DNA from: Hormiphora californensis
Lineage: Eukaryota; Animalia; Ctenophora
Direction: 5' to 3'
Assembly (NCBI GenBank): GCA_020137815.1
Contig: CM035359.1
Location: 1,984,001 to 2,048,000, forward strand
DNA: 64,000 bases
The first letter of the stretch is position 1. Each line of letters starts with the position of its first letter. Below the pieces are notes generated by a model. That model ran no database searches. It was not told where the DNA came from and saw nothing but the letters and a program-made list of their open reading frames with translations. The translations under genes and the position numbers were made by a program. Of the stretch, positions 49,901 to 63,102 are shown in pieces.

Positions 49901-52900
49901 TAAAATTGATTCTGAGTAGTGCAGTGGAAAACTCATATAATATTACTATTATAATATGTACTGCAATCTATGTTTTTAACAAACTTTCAATATTCCCAGG
50001 TGAATACAAATGTGAAACCACAAAGAACGACGGTACAACTGCAGGTCCCTCTGTTACTCAAAAAGTGGCAGTATTGTCAGCGGTTAATGCCACTATTGGT
50101 GTTAGTACAGAGTACCCAACCCTTGCCGCTCAAGTTGTGTTTACCTGCATAGCCATTGGAGGTAAGAAAATAGCCATAATCTCACAGCCGGTTGACTGTA
50201 TTTCGAACCTCCTTTCCACAGGTGACCGACCATATGAAGTTATTTTGAGAAGAAATGGGAATGATTTCATAAAGTACACTGAAACAAACTCCTTTTGTAC
50301 AGAAGACAATGATTATCAGCTTACTTGTACCCACACTATCAACAAGTTTGGTAAGTCTCAGTAATCCGGGAATATTATATTGGCAAGAATATGAGTTGTA
50401 AAAATACCATGAATTTCGAGTTTCTTGTACTGATGCTTGATCTTATTCCTAGGATACGACAACAACAATGATTACACGTGTTACGCTAAGAATCAGATAG
50501 CCAATAATGAAGAAAAAGTGGCTACTTCAACCGCTGTGACCGTTGAGGTTTCCAAGAAGGTTGAAGTGTCCATGGAACCAACGAGGTAATGTGCTGGTAT
50601 CATCAAGTCGGCTTGTCGTGATTAACGTCCTCGTAAAATATAAAAATTACTAACTTCTCTTCAGTGCAACAGATGTGAAGAAGTCAACAGGCTCAAACAT
50701 CATAACATGTCATGTAGATGGTGGTGCTGCACCTTATCGTGTTACCCTCGATAGACCCAATTCACAAGACACCATTGAGTGGACAGAAGATGGGTATGGT
50801 TATTTAAAATTACCTTTTGCATAAATACGGGCCAAGTGAACTTCAGGTGGCTACACAAACATAATGTTTCCTTGTAGCTCAGTAAGTTCATTGAATTGTG
50901 AAGAGGTAGTCGTGTCGAATGTACTCAAGTGTACTCATACTCTTAACAAAGTGGACTATGCAGATAGTGGTCAGTAAAAATATAAAAATAGTGATCAGTA
51001 GAAATATAAAAACCAGTTTTAATGGCCTTTGCTGTCATTTACAAAGACTCACCCTCTCCCCCTCTAGGAACGTTCACTTGTACAGGCTACAACGAGTTAG
51101 CTAATATGGATACACAACAAACAGACACATCAACCTTAGACATCACCATCACAGATGGTGTTCAAGTGACTCTGTCAGCCTCGCCTACTGTAACTGTAGG
51201 GGGTGCTATAATAGTAGCAACCTTTGGGGGTACTGTCACGGTTACGTGTGTAGCTGAGGGTGGACGAACTCCCCATTACATGGTATGTCAGGGTAACTCA
51301 CGTTACATATAAATTACGCGTTTTACCTATCGCAACACCGTTTAGACTAAAATACATATCAATGTATTCAACAGAGGTTTTATTACAGGAGTTGACTAAA
51401 GATGATATCCCACTGGTTATTTACAACACTGATGACACTAGCAGCAATATCCTGGCTGACAAAGTGGTTGCAAAAGATAACAAGTTAACTCTAACATACG
51501 AAATTAGCTCCATTGGTTTTTATGACAACGGAGTTTATGAGTGTGAATCGAAAAACAAAGCCTTCAATAAAGCTATTGCAACTAATGGTCAAGATCTCGA
51601 AATTGTTGTTGGTAAGTTGATTTTAATGATTTTATAGTTTAAGATATTTATACATATATAATATATAGTATATTTCCAACGCAACCGCGCCGGGATCAAG
51701 TCTTTATCTTTATATCAGGAGCCGGAAATAAGTATGATCAAAATGATTTGTCACGCACAAAAACATTCCGTGCAACCATTTAGTCTCTCGACTTATTTCA
51801 GAGAATGTGTTTTTGGGAACTCCCCAGCTGTTTTTCTCTCCGGAACAATCCGTTGCAAATGATGACCCTGTGACAATTGAGTGCCGAGTGAGCGGCTTTC
51901 CAGAACCGACAGTAGGACTTTCCCTTCAAGTTGGCAAGAACAAGGTGTCTCTCGAACATACTTCTAAACTTTACAATTACAACACCGAAAATGCAGAAAG
52001 GGTTAGTTTCCGAATCTTGTAACGATATTAACTTATTACGTTCAACGAGTCGGCGTTTGGTATTTTCTCGTCGGCAGGCGGCAATGCCGATCGTTTCTAC
52101 TGAAGAATGAAGACAGAACTTCTCTTCCTGCTTTCTCAATGTGTCACAAATTAGGTTAGATACTCATGAAATATAGTTCCATCTCTAGATGCATGTTTCA
52201 TGTAGGTACTTACGGTGACGGTGACATTTGAACATTTTTCAACCTGTGACGATACAGAATACACGTGTACAGCTGTGGAAGGTGGAGATGAAAGTAACAA
52301 AGTAACCCAATCTGTTTCCAAGCCATCCCCAATTATTAAGGACTGTACAGGTATTCTTAGTGATGCCATCCCCTATTATGTTACACTCAGCCCGCTTCGC
52401 GGGCTTCGTTTAGCCGCGTTGCACGCGGCTAGTGTAGGGGTGGCTGCGTCACCAACATGTATTCTCAAATCAATTGTAAAGGGAGTTTAAGTACTTAGCG
52501 AAAGTGGCCCATTTTTAACGTTTTGGGTTCTAAAATACGCAATATATACAGCAGGAAGAAAAAAATTATATAGGCTATCCAATGAGACGTTTACCTTTCA
52601 GCCGAGCTAAATTTTATAATCTGTAAGTTTTATTTAATTGGTTAATTAATCAATTCAAATAATTTGGTGAGGCGTTTTTTGGAAAATTTGCGTCGGGGCA
52701 AAGTGGCCCAAGCCAATAGCATTGCTCGATTTTATCACGTGCCTGGTGTTGTTAGACGAAACGATCAAATTAGGGGCAAAGTTTGGTAACGAAGTTACCC
52801 CTCTGCCTACATAGGGCATTGCGATAGTAAGGCACGTTTTAGCGTGCCCGTAATGTAGGGGGAACTGCGTTACCAAGGGCAAAGTCGCCCATGTTCTGAA

Positions 52901-54449
52901 CCGGAACATGGGCCACTTTGCCCCTAATTTGACCGTCTGGACTACATTTTTGTGCATTCCAATGTCACGTGGTATTGCAGGCGCCATTTCATGGTCCTAA
53001 AGGTGGGCCACTTTGCCCACCGACCGGACCACTTTGCCCCGGAGAGTGGGCCATATTCGCCCCGATTTCACAAAATTGACAATTAAGACAAAAAATGCCA
53101 ATTTCTTCAAAATTTTTATACCACGTTTTAGAAGGATAAAAAACCTAACTGGTAGTTTTTGCAAAATTAAAATCGGCCAACTCAAACAGAAATTATAGCA
53201 GTTTTAAAGCAAAAATCCGGAACAGAACGAGCAGGTCTCCGCTGGAGAAAAAGTCACGTGACCACATGTAATAACTAGGGCCACTTTGCCCCATACATGG
53301 GCCACTTTACCCGGTGGGCCAAAGTGCCCCAGCTTACCCTACTAACCATGAAGCTCTAAATTATAGCCCCTGCCTCACCAGGTAGTTTAAATAATTTCCC
53401 TCCAAAGACTGCAATTGTGCCACCCCAATGTTCACTGATTCTACTAATTTCATGCCAATGCCTCAGATTTCAGGCCATTTATTATCGGAGGTGGTGTTGG
53501 AGTTGGTGGGTTTATCTTGGTGGCAGGCATTATCATTGTGATTATCCTCCTGTTTCTGTGGGTCAAGAGGCGGGGACGCAAGAAGGAGACAACCACAGAC
53601 CAAACCAATGGAGCTGCTTTTAGGTGCGTATAAAGTAGTTTTGATATAGGGCTTCTTGCTTTTAGACTTTTAACCAAAATTTTTCGATGAAACCTTTTCT
53701 AATTCGCCAGCAACAGCACCGCCAGGTATTTTATTACACAATTTCACAGCCCACGCCAATTTTATTTTGTTTGGGAGCACGCGGAGACAGGGTACCGACT
53801 AGACTATTTTACCAGAAATGTTCATATGAATTAATAATGACCTCATTTCCACTTCATTTTTGGGTAAATGAGGCTCGTACAACAATTCATATGAGGTTAA
53901 CATGTTAACATCCATGATTAGGTCAATACGAACTGTCCTCATATGATACAATTGACCCAGAAAGACAGGCATACATGGTAAGAATCAATTTCGTACTTTT
54001 GGTATATGAGACATCGATAAAACATTTTCTTTTGAACCATGGTCAACGTCATCCCCCCCAGCTCAGAAAGAAAAAGGAAAGAGAATCGTACGTAGTCATG
54101 AAGCCCTCGACCACCTCGGTAAATGCTTACAATTAAATTTCCTGTGTCATACCTTACACTGCCTCGCTGTGGTCTGAGCGATTCAGACTCTGAATGGCTC
54201 AGTGAAAAGGTACATAAAACGAGACCCGGATCTTTAAGCTCCTCTCTCCTATAATAGGTCCCCGTGTATAATGATGATGTGGATGTTATTAGAAACGGTC
54301 CTACACGATTTCAAGAAGAACCTATTCCACCCGTCTACGAGCATATGGAGGTGATGAGATTGAGAGAGAGTATTTATAATGTACTATTTATGTTTATTGT
54401 TTACTTTACTTGTCGCCAAATCATCAGTATGTTTATCATATGCTTCTGA
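46985..54449 (+). CDS. Multi-Ig receptor copy B2: 11 Ig domains, TM exon 53467-53623, Tyr-motif tail; no own leader exons; several frameshifts (pseudogene or sequencing errors)
   Basis: Colinear with 20207-28977; indels near 47272, 47973, 49409, 49617, 49656; acceptor of first cytoplasmic exon altered (~53680). Confidence 0.78.
52497..53340. mobile_element. Truncated PIF/Harbinger-like non-autonomous element in a B2 intron
   Basis: Right end aaagtgccccagcttaccc(ta); repeated gggccactttgccc motifs; absent from A. Confidence 0.6.
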
Positions 54450-56503
54450 GTATCACAAAACACAAAAACATTCCACAATGTCACATATGCTACACTTTCA
54501 GTTCATTAGAACACATCGATCTGCTTCCTTCCTATCATACCCTTACTACAGAACTACTCACAATCAACATTCACTTGTGGTTATATGTTTCATCTGGGTG
54601 AACATATCGTCATTGAAGTGTATGTGCGTGTGTGGTATTCTGGTTGTGTCACGTGATGCCCATATATGGCACGAATGGTTTAACCTCCAACCTTGGGAAG
54701 CATATATTTCCTAATCCTCTTTAAATGTTTCAGGACCGTGAGAATCATGTGTATAGTGACGTTGATCCTCCTTTCCAGGCTGCGGTAAGTTTTGAATTGA
54801 ATAACTTGCCAATAATTCGGCAAAAAAGGTCCCGTAAGATCGGATTATTATAATCATTTCCTTCTGGATCCTGAAAGTCTTTGGATTGTTAGTACAATAT
54901 TTACAACATGCGTACAACACTTACATCATGTACATGTATGGGTATATGTATACTATGTTCGCAAAAGGCAAGCTTCCCCTCGTCCGACCCGAAGTTGGAA
55001 TCATATGGGTTTAGTTTGTCGAACCGGCAAGTTGCTAACATGTTTCAAATCTTCACTACTTCTCAAATGATCCCATACTTTCAGTCTAATCCCAAAATCC
55101 TATTAAAAATAGAGACAAAAATAACGGCACCAAACTGTGAAATGCCCTTGCATTAGTGCGAGTAGAATAAAATCAATTTTCTATCTAAAGGCCGAGTTTA
55201 TAGCAAGAAAGGACTATTTTACAACGAATTCTCTGGTTAGTATGGTAACCAACTCCGTTGTCATGGTAAATCAATCGAACTCTATCGAGTTCTATCGCCA
55301 GCAACTGGATAAAAATTTATCCATTTCATTATGCACAATGCACAGGCTTTGGTTACGAAGTTACCCCTTGCCAGCGTGTGCACGCGAAGGTCGCCCGGCG
55401 ACAGAGTGTGAGGTGTCTTCGATACCAAGCACAGGCTTGTGTAACAAAAAGGGGCGTTTTTATAGCTTATTGTTCATCATAACCTGAAATAAATAATTTT
55501 CATTACTTTCACAAAGGCTCAAAGTTTGAATATCAAATTTGCCAAAACTGTGCAGGGGCAAATTGGTGCAGGGGCAAAAGTTTTAATTAATTATAATTAC
55601 AGTCGGACCCCGATTTAGGGACACCCTCGGGGAAAGGCTCTTGTCCACTAAATCGGGGTGTCCACTAAATCGGGGTCAAATAAGGTTAATTTCCTATATC
55701 GGGGGGGGGGGGGGGGGAAATCCTGTCCCTAAATCGGGGTGCCACTAAATCGGGGGGCCCTAAATCGGGGTCCGACTGTAATTAATTAATTAGAAAATCA
55801 AAAATCCGGCTCCGTTATGACTCGTAGTTATACTACTAGAACATACATGCAAAGTTTCATTTCGAAATTTCAAACGGTGGCAGGTCGGAAGAATCTCGAC
55901 ACCGAAATATATATGTATTTCAAATACATATGTATTTCAAATACACATGTCTATTTCAACTGAAATATATATGTATTTCAAATATATATGTATTTCAAAT
56001 GCTAATGAGGGGGATAGACATGTGATACGATTCTGGAACGCCTTATTAGCAGTGGGAGACAATACGGGATATGAACCATGTGATTCGGGGAAGCTTATTA
56101 GCAGTAGGAGACGATACGAGATATGGAACATGATTCGAGGAAGCCAATCAAGAGTGTTAGACGATATGAGACACGATTTGGGGAAGATTTCTATCGCTTT
56201 CCATCTCTATGACCCTATCCACATCTCTGTGCCTCTCTTTCTTTCTCTTTCTTTCTCTATCTCCCTCTTTCTCTCTCACTTTCTCGAAGGGAGAAAGAGA
56301 AACATGGAGAAAGAGAGATACCCATAACTTTTTACCGAATGATATGAGAAAAGACACGGTTTAGCCATGCGAATTGAATGGATGATATCTTCTTGACCTC
56401 CCTGACCATTAGTCCTTCAATGCCGCCACCTCCTTCCAATCCGGTTTCTCTAGCTAAACCGACAATCTGCAAGAAACGACCGAGAGGCTAGGTGCCTACA
56501 TCT

Positions 56504-57625
56504 GGTAGGCGGACTCTAGTGCTAACGGACTCTATACCGCGTGGGCCAATAAAAAGGGAGGGTCTTAAATCTTCGATTTCTCCAGCACCTTAATTCCAAT
56601 GGTTCTGAAATTTTGACACAATGTTGTCGGGCTTATGCCAGATATGTGTACAGAGTTTCAAGTTCAAAAATACAGAAATTCATTAATGAACTTAAATTCC
56701 CGTTTTTTTTAGTTAATTGAAGGTTTTCCCTTGTTCCAAGTTGATTTTGATCGCAAAATTGCAGCCACATTTATCAATGGCAATCTGAAATTTCATTGAA
56801 AATGAATAAAGTTTAGTGGGTGAAATTAATGAATTAAAAATGATCATTTTTTCAAAAAAATTATTTTCGCTGAAAATAAGAGATTTGCTCTGTAGAGATG
56901 AAATTAAAACCTAACTGGGTTATGATTTAATTATTTAAGTTCATTCTGGTATGAAAAACTGTTAAATTCAAAAAAAAAAATTAACATTTAACCGATAGTC
57001 CATTGACAAACCGTTAGTTGAGACATTAGTCTATCGAAACCTTGCTAATGGAAGCTTGCTAATGCTTATACTGATTGGTAACAACAAGCGTCATGTGACC
57101 TCCATGCAAGCAACAAGAAACGTAACCAGGGTGTGACAAAATCTTGTTAGCAAGATTGCAATTGGTCTCCAATGCCCTCTGTTGTACCCAGTATCAGATA
57201 TCTGGCGTGGAGTACAGAAGAGGTTCCTGGAAAACAAAAAATATGGACTAGAGAAAACCTACATTGGCTTAAAAACATGAATTTAGGTTCATTAATGAAT
57301 TTCTGCATTTTTGAACTTGAAACTCTGTACACATATCTGGCATAAGCTCAACAACATTGTGTCAAAATTTCAGAACCATTGGAATTAAGGTGCCGGAGAA
57401 ATCTAAGATTTAAGACCCTCCCTTTTTATTGGCCCACGCGGTATATAAACCCAAGGAGGACTCTATATCTAGCCCTAACCTTTACACTAAACCCTAACCT
57501 CGAACCCAAATAACAGCCCTAACACTTCTAAACGAGTATAGAGGCACAGCAAACTCTCGTTTCCGGCCTAACGGCCGAAATCTCGAGTTCGCTTTTCGTG
57601 ATTTTAGCACTAGAGTCCGCTTACC
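56504..57625. mobile_element. MULE-like MITE with 10-bp TSD
   Basis: ggtaggcggactctagtgctaa...ttagcactagagtccgcttacc; TSD GCCTACATCT. Confidence 0.82.
56535..57443. mobile_element. Tc1/mariner-type MITE (TA TSD), innermost of the nest
   Basis: taccgcgtgggccaataaaaagggagggtc TIRs of ~160 bp. Confidence 0.82.
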
Positions 57626-59388
57626 GCCTACATCTACCTGCTAGGAAAGCGACGAAACCTATTTCCACGGAGCTCAACTGTCTTTTCTCATTCGAAAGAA
57701 AGAGACAGACAGAGAGACACAGCGATGTGGATAGGGTCATAGGGATGGAAAGCGATAGAAACCTTCCCCGAATCGTGTCTCATATCGTCTAACACTCTTG
57801 ATTGGCTTCCCCGAATCATGTTCCATATCTCGTATCGTCTCCTACTGCTAATAAGCTTCCCCGAATCACATGGTTCATATTCCGTATTCTCTCCCACTGC
57901 TAATAAGGCGTTCCAGAATCGTATCACATGTCCATCCCCCTCATTAGTATTTGAAATACATATATATTTGAAATACATATATATTTCAGTTGAAATAGAC
58001 ATGTGTATTTGAAATACATATGTATTTGAAATACATATATATTTCGGTGTCGAGATTCTTCCGACCTGCCCAAACGGTGTGGCCACAGTTTGAATATCAA
58101 AGTTGCAAAAAATGTGCAGGGGCAAACAAAATGGTGCAAGGGCACATGTTCAGGGGAAATTTGCAAAAATTGTGCAGGGGCAAATTTTAATTAATTTGCC
58201 TATAATTAATTACCTAATTGATATATTAATCATACGGCTCTTCTAGTACTCGTAGTTATGCTACTAGAACATGCATAGAAAGTTTCGTGTCAAAATATTA
58301 AACGGTGTGGACACAGTTCGATCATAAAATTGGTGCAAGGGCAGCCCCTGAACCATTTGCCCTTGCACATTGCCTGCCCCTGCACCAAATTCCATTTTTT
58401 GCACGGCTCTAACTAACTAATTAATTAATTTTGACTATTCCCACTTTTCGAACATCATCTTTTATGATTGAAGAACATTCCTACAAAGTTTCAAGTCGAT
58501 ATTTTAAGCAGAACGGAAAATAGAATTTGGTGCAGGGGCGCGGTGCAAGGGACAGAACACGCAATGTGCAGGGGCACGGTGCCCTTGCACCGTTTTTAAT
58601 TACCTGTAATTAATTAATTAATTAAAAATTCAAAAATCCGCCAACGTCATGACACAAAGGAATACTACAAGAACATGCCTACAAAATTTCAAGTCGATAT
58701 CTCAAACGGTGTGGCCACAATTTCGTTGACATGTTTTTTGCCCCCCCCCCCCCCCCCAAAAAAAGACCTTTCTTTGTTCTTAATAGGGCCGGCATTTTTG
58801 GGTTTTTGTGCAGGGGCAAAATTTTTTTTTTCTTTTTTTCGTTTTTTGCTGTTTTCTTCGGGTCGGAGGTGCCTGCCGGCACCTAAATACTGATAGGTAC
58901 CCGATACATATACACCTTCATCTTTGTATGGTATACAAAGTATATAAGATTAGAGTGAAACTCGAATTTTTATATGCGTATACAATTGTCATGTATACGC
59001 ATAAAACGAATTTCACTCTAATCTTATGATGTTACTAAGGAAACGGTACGGCCGTGTCATCGGATACCCGAAACTCGAAAGAGTACTGACTTGAAACACC
59101 TCAGTAATTCTATGGCCATTTGGCATGTTCCTTGCCTGTCAGCTCTCACACCGGGCCGAAGGCCCGGTGTGAGCTTACACGAGCCCGAAGGGCGAGCGTA
59201 AGCGCTTTAAGTAGCATGGCAAATGGCCATGGGGTCGCTGAATATCGAGAGAGATCAAGTATTTTTTGTAACGCGCGATGAAATGTTTGCAAAGAAAGTC
59301 CTCTCGCAACATTCAATGTAATTCACACGTGTGCGCGCGGGGAACCGGGAAGGAGTTTTTTATTACTCATCATTTGCATTCAAATATA

Positions 59389-59811
59389 CAGGGTGGTTCA
59401 GAAACATGGTGCCACTTTGAGATAGCTAATGTGTCAATACAGTTCGCTCTCCAATGTACAGTGTATTAATTAAAACCTATTTTCACGGTCTCTTGACTCG
59501 AAAAAGTGTCCCCTGCTGCTGCAGGGCCCTGAAGATTTTGGCTCCAATGCAACCTATTCTCGCTCCTGAGATCGATCTCGGTCGCTGCGCGACCTCGATC
59601 TCACTCAGGCATCAATGTGGCCAACTGAAGATTGAGATCGACAGAGAGTCACTTGCAGTTTGCACTCTTTCCTAAAAATTATCAGCCTGTCAACTGACAG
59701 GCTAGGGTAACACGTTGAAATTTGGATCCGTACAATAGAGAGAGGATTGCATTTTTCCAATTTTTATCTCTTAGTACAGTGGCTCCATGTTTCTGAATCT
59801 GAACCACCCTG
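59389..59811. mobile_element. Tc1/mariner-type MITE
   Basis: ta-cagggtggttcaga...tctgaaccaccctg-ta; absent from A. Confidence 0.85.
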
Positions 59812-61159
59812 TACACATTGCATGCAATGTATGCATTGGCAATTGCATGGCAATTGCATTTACATGTTCCCATACCAGTCTGTCAGTGTCAGCCGCTCAA
59901 ATTTCTTTCCTTGAAAATTGAAATTTCTGAATTTTATTTATTATTTAAACCCTTCATTACATTTTCAGCTGGATCTAAGGACGAATTAAAAGGATTCAGA
60001 GCCTGGCCCTGGATTTATCTTGGAAAATCAAACTGTTTTAGTGTTTTAAATTTACCCTGGACTTTAGATTTTAGTTTTTCCACGATTTTATTTTCTTAAT
60101 CGGCCGATATCGGACTCTAATTCTAAATATGATACTTGCTTAGAGAGGTATATACCCTGCTAACTTAAATAACCCGCCAGTCCCACTAGCGCGCTCTCAA
60201 TAAACAGCCAGTCCAGCGGCAGATTATTTCCCACTGGCAGGTTATTTATTTTGAACATTCAAAGTGTGTGTAAATGATCAGTTCTTACTAAAATACAGAG
60301 GGAACACTATGTGCAACACTTACACACTACATTGGAGAGAAAGAAAGGACACATTCCGTCAATTACTCTCTCTTTATCTCCCCTTTTGTCTCACTATCTC
60401 TTCCTCTGTGTTATGTGTGACATGCCCCTTATCAGGCTATTTCTTTCACTCTCTTTCCTTAGCAACTGCTTAGTAACTGTTACCAAACAGTGTACACTCA
60501 ATTGTGAGGTGTTTTAACTATTTCTCAGTCCTCTTTGTGTGTTTCGATTAGTGTTCTCTCTCTTGTTGGTGTGTAATACTTGAAATAAACAACTAAAGCA
60601 GGGTATATAACCTATAAACTCTGACCACTGGCACGTTATAGGTTTAAACCCCTCCGCCTCTCCCTCGGCTCCGCCTCGGGATCGTCGTCGTGATTTAAAC
60701 CAGTTTATCCGCCAGCGGCGGATAAACTTCAGCTAACTTCTCCCAGCGGCGCGCTGGGAGAAAGTTATCTGAAATAACGCGCCAGTGGCCAGAGTTTATA
60801 CCTCATTTATAGTTTATGATTTTTTCCATCTGGCGAAGCGAAGGCCCCTGGCCCTTCTCCGAAGGGCGAAGGGCCTGTGGCTCGGCCCCATTTGTAGCAT
60901 GTGGGGAATGTGTTTCGAGATTGGTTTATTTTTGGGGTTCCAGATAGATCGAATAGCCCGGATAAAATATGGGAGACGGACGCTTGGTCTAATCAAATGT
61001 CTATTAAAGTGAGAGTGGACCGAATCAGAATAGGACAATTGTTTGTTGTACTTGTAGGTAGTAGAAATTAGCTTTCTGAGCATTTTGCGTATTAACCTTG
61101 CATCTTGTTCCTGTCTCTCCGTGCGCTAAAATAACAAACTTACCCTGGCCCCCTACTGC

Positions 61160-61357
<198 letters not shown>

Positions 61358-61440
61358 ATATTGCAAACTGTGAATTTGCTCACGGATGCTAGCCATATTT
61401 GTGTTTCAACTTAAACTTTAACAACTAAACAACTTTAGAA

Positions 61441-62673
61441 ATGCTCTTTGTATCCTACGAAGTGGTCCAATCTTACTGCTTGCGACTGCTCCAAGCCATC
61501 CTAAACCTGATATACCCCCCACCTGCCGAACCCAACAACCTTGTGTCCTGCTATGACGTCCTCTACTTTGCTAAACCGGCACTGGATACGGGTGCCAACG
61601 ACCTCGCCATGTTCCTCCGAAAATTTACCAAGACACGAGGTTTAGAATGGCTGAAACGGGATGACGTCCATCTGTTTAGTGTCACTGAAACTCACTTTGT
61701 GTTCGCTAGAACCACACCGGGGATGGATGTCCATGATGTCACCAGGTTCCACTGGTTGTGTATGGGAAAGAAGTTACACACGGTGGAGTTGGGGGAAATC
61801 TCAATAGGCCTAGGGTTGGATTTGATAAGAGATAGGGAGGAGGAGGATGGCTCAAATATTGGCATTCTTCACAATTTAGGCCGGTGTGGATCAACCCTAG
61901 TAGCAAACATGATCTATAAAACAGGGCAGTGTCAGGTTTTAGCAGAACCCGGACCACTCCTAGACATCTCAGCCTGTGTGATAAGAAATCCTGAATTGTC
62001 AACTGATCCAGTTATGTTGGATAAACTCCGGGCAGTACTCCTATTTCTAGCCAAATCCCCTGATAGGAGATACTTTATTAAACCCACATTCGGCACCTAC
62101 ATCCTCGTTACCATGATTCACAATGCGTTACCGGGGGTACGGGAGGCGTATCTGTATCGAGCTTTGAAACCCATGGCCATATCATCTTGCCTTTCTTTTG
62201 GGGTGTTGAAAATGCCGTATGCAGCTGCAAAGCGGTTATCAGTTGATGCTGGGTTCATCAGACAAGATGTACAGGATGAGAATGAAAGGAATGGTATTGA
62301 CACGATACCCAGAATCATACTCTACGGGTTCCTGGTCAGAACCCAGGTATTTGTGCGTGAAGCTATCACAAGGCCCGACTTCCCATTCTACAGCTATGAG
62401 TCTCTATTAGCAGACCCAAAGGCCTTCACCACCCATCTTTTGGCACATATCGGGCTGGACCCACAGTGGGCTGATGTGGCCTTGGAGGCCCTGTCAGAGG
62501 ATAGCCAGAAGAACAGTTGGTTCAGTAGGGACAAAGTGGACAGGTCTGAAGCGGGTACCGTGATGGACAAGGAGACGGAGGATATGATTATGAAGCTTGC
62601 GGAGGAGAAGTTTGGGATAGAAGTGAGGGGGAGCCAGATGGAGATGGTGAACCTACCGAACCAGTGGAGATAA
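61441..62673 (+). CDS. Intronless P-loop sulfotransferase-fold protein (410 aa)
   Basis: 5'-PSB-like ILHNLGRCGSTL, LAEP, FIKP, 3'-PB-like YLYRAL, YESLLADP motifs. Confidence 0.8.
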   Translation: MLFVSYEVVQSYCLRLLQAILNLIYPPPAEPNNLVSCYDVLYFAKPALDTGANDLAMFLRKFTKTRGLEWLKRDDVHLFSVTETHFVFARTTPGMDVHDVTRFHWLCMGKKLHTVELGEISIGLGLDLIRDREEEDGSNIGILHNLGRCGSTLVANMIYKTGQCQVLAEPGPLLDISACVIRNPELSTDPVMLDKLRAVLLFLAKSPDRRYFIKPTFGTYILVTMIHNALPGVREAYLYRALKPMAISSCLSFGVLKMPYAAAKRLSVDAGFIRQDVQDENERNGIDTIPRIILYGFLVRTQVFVREAITRPDFPFYSYESLLADPKAFTTHLLAHIGLDPQWADVALEALSEDSQKNSWFSRDKVDRSEAGTVMDKETEDMIMKLAEEKFGIEVRGSQMEMVNLPNQWR

Positions 62674-63102
62674 ACATTAAACCATTGGAGAGAATTATAG
62701 ATATGAACTATAACATGGTATATATGCAATATGCATGATGACTTGCAAAGTTTACACTCTAGTTCTATAAATAACGGATTTGAGGGGGAAATCAGCTTCG
62801 TGCCTGAATAGTGAGTAAATAACTATAACATAAATCAGTATTATATTCAAAACGAGAATAAACAGCTCGCGACGTCTAAATCGTATAGCCCAAAATAGCT
62901 TGTAATGAGAAAACTGTTTCCAAAAAAATCATTTTCGGTGAAATACGGTAAGATGACGCGTATATATTTGAGTCTATAAATCACAAGGTTTGGTTCACGG
63001 ATCAGTTTAGAAGATGAAGGTACGGGCAAAGACACACATCATTAGGTCGGCAGATGAATTTCACTTTCTGTCCTTGTAGACGTGCCCATCTTGATGGGCG
63101 TC

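Larger units (their letters stand above)
55879..58070. mobile_element. GG-terminal TIR element with ~350-bp TIRs and 8-bp TSD (Merlin-like, tentative)
   Basis: ggcaggtcggaagaa...ttcttccgacctgcc; TSD CAAACGGT; terminus resembles the 12591 element. Confidence 0.88.
54954..58888 (-). mobile_element. Helentron-like element hosting nested insertions
   Basis: Copy of 8517-10002; absent at the equivalent site in A (~28975). Confidence 0.75.
38940..60119 (+). repeat. Block B of the duplication
   Basis: Colinear with block A (17297-33078). Confidence 0.9.
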
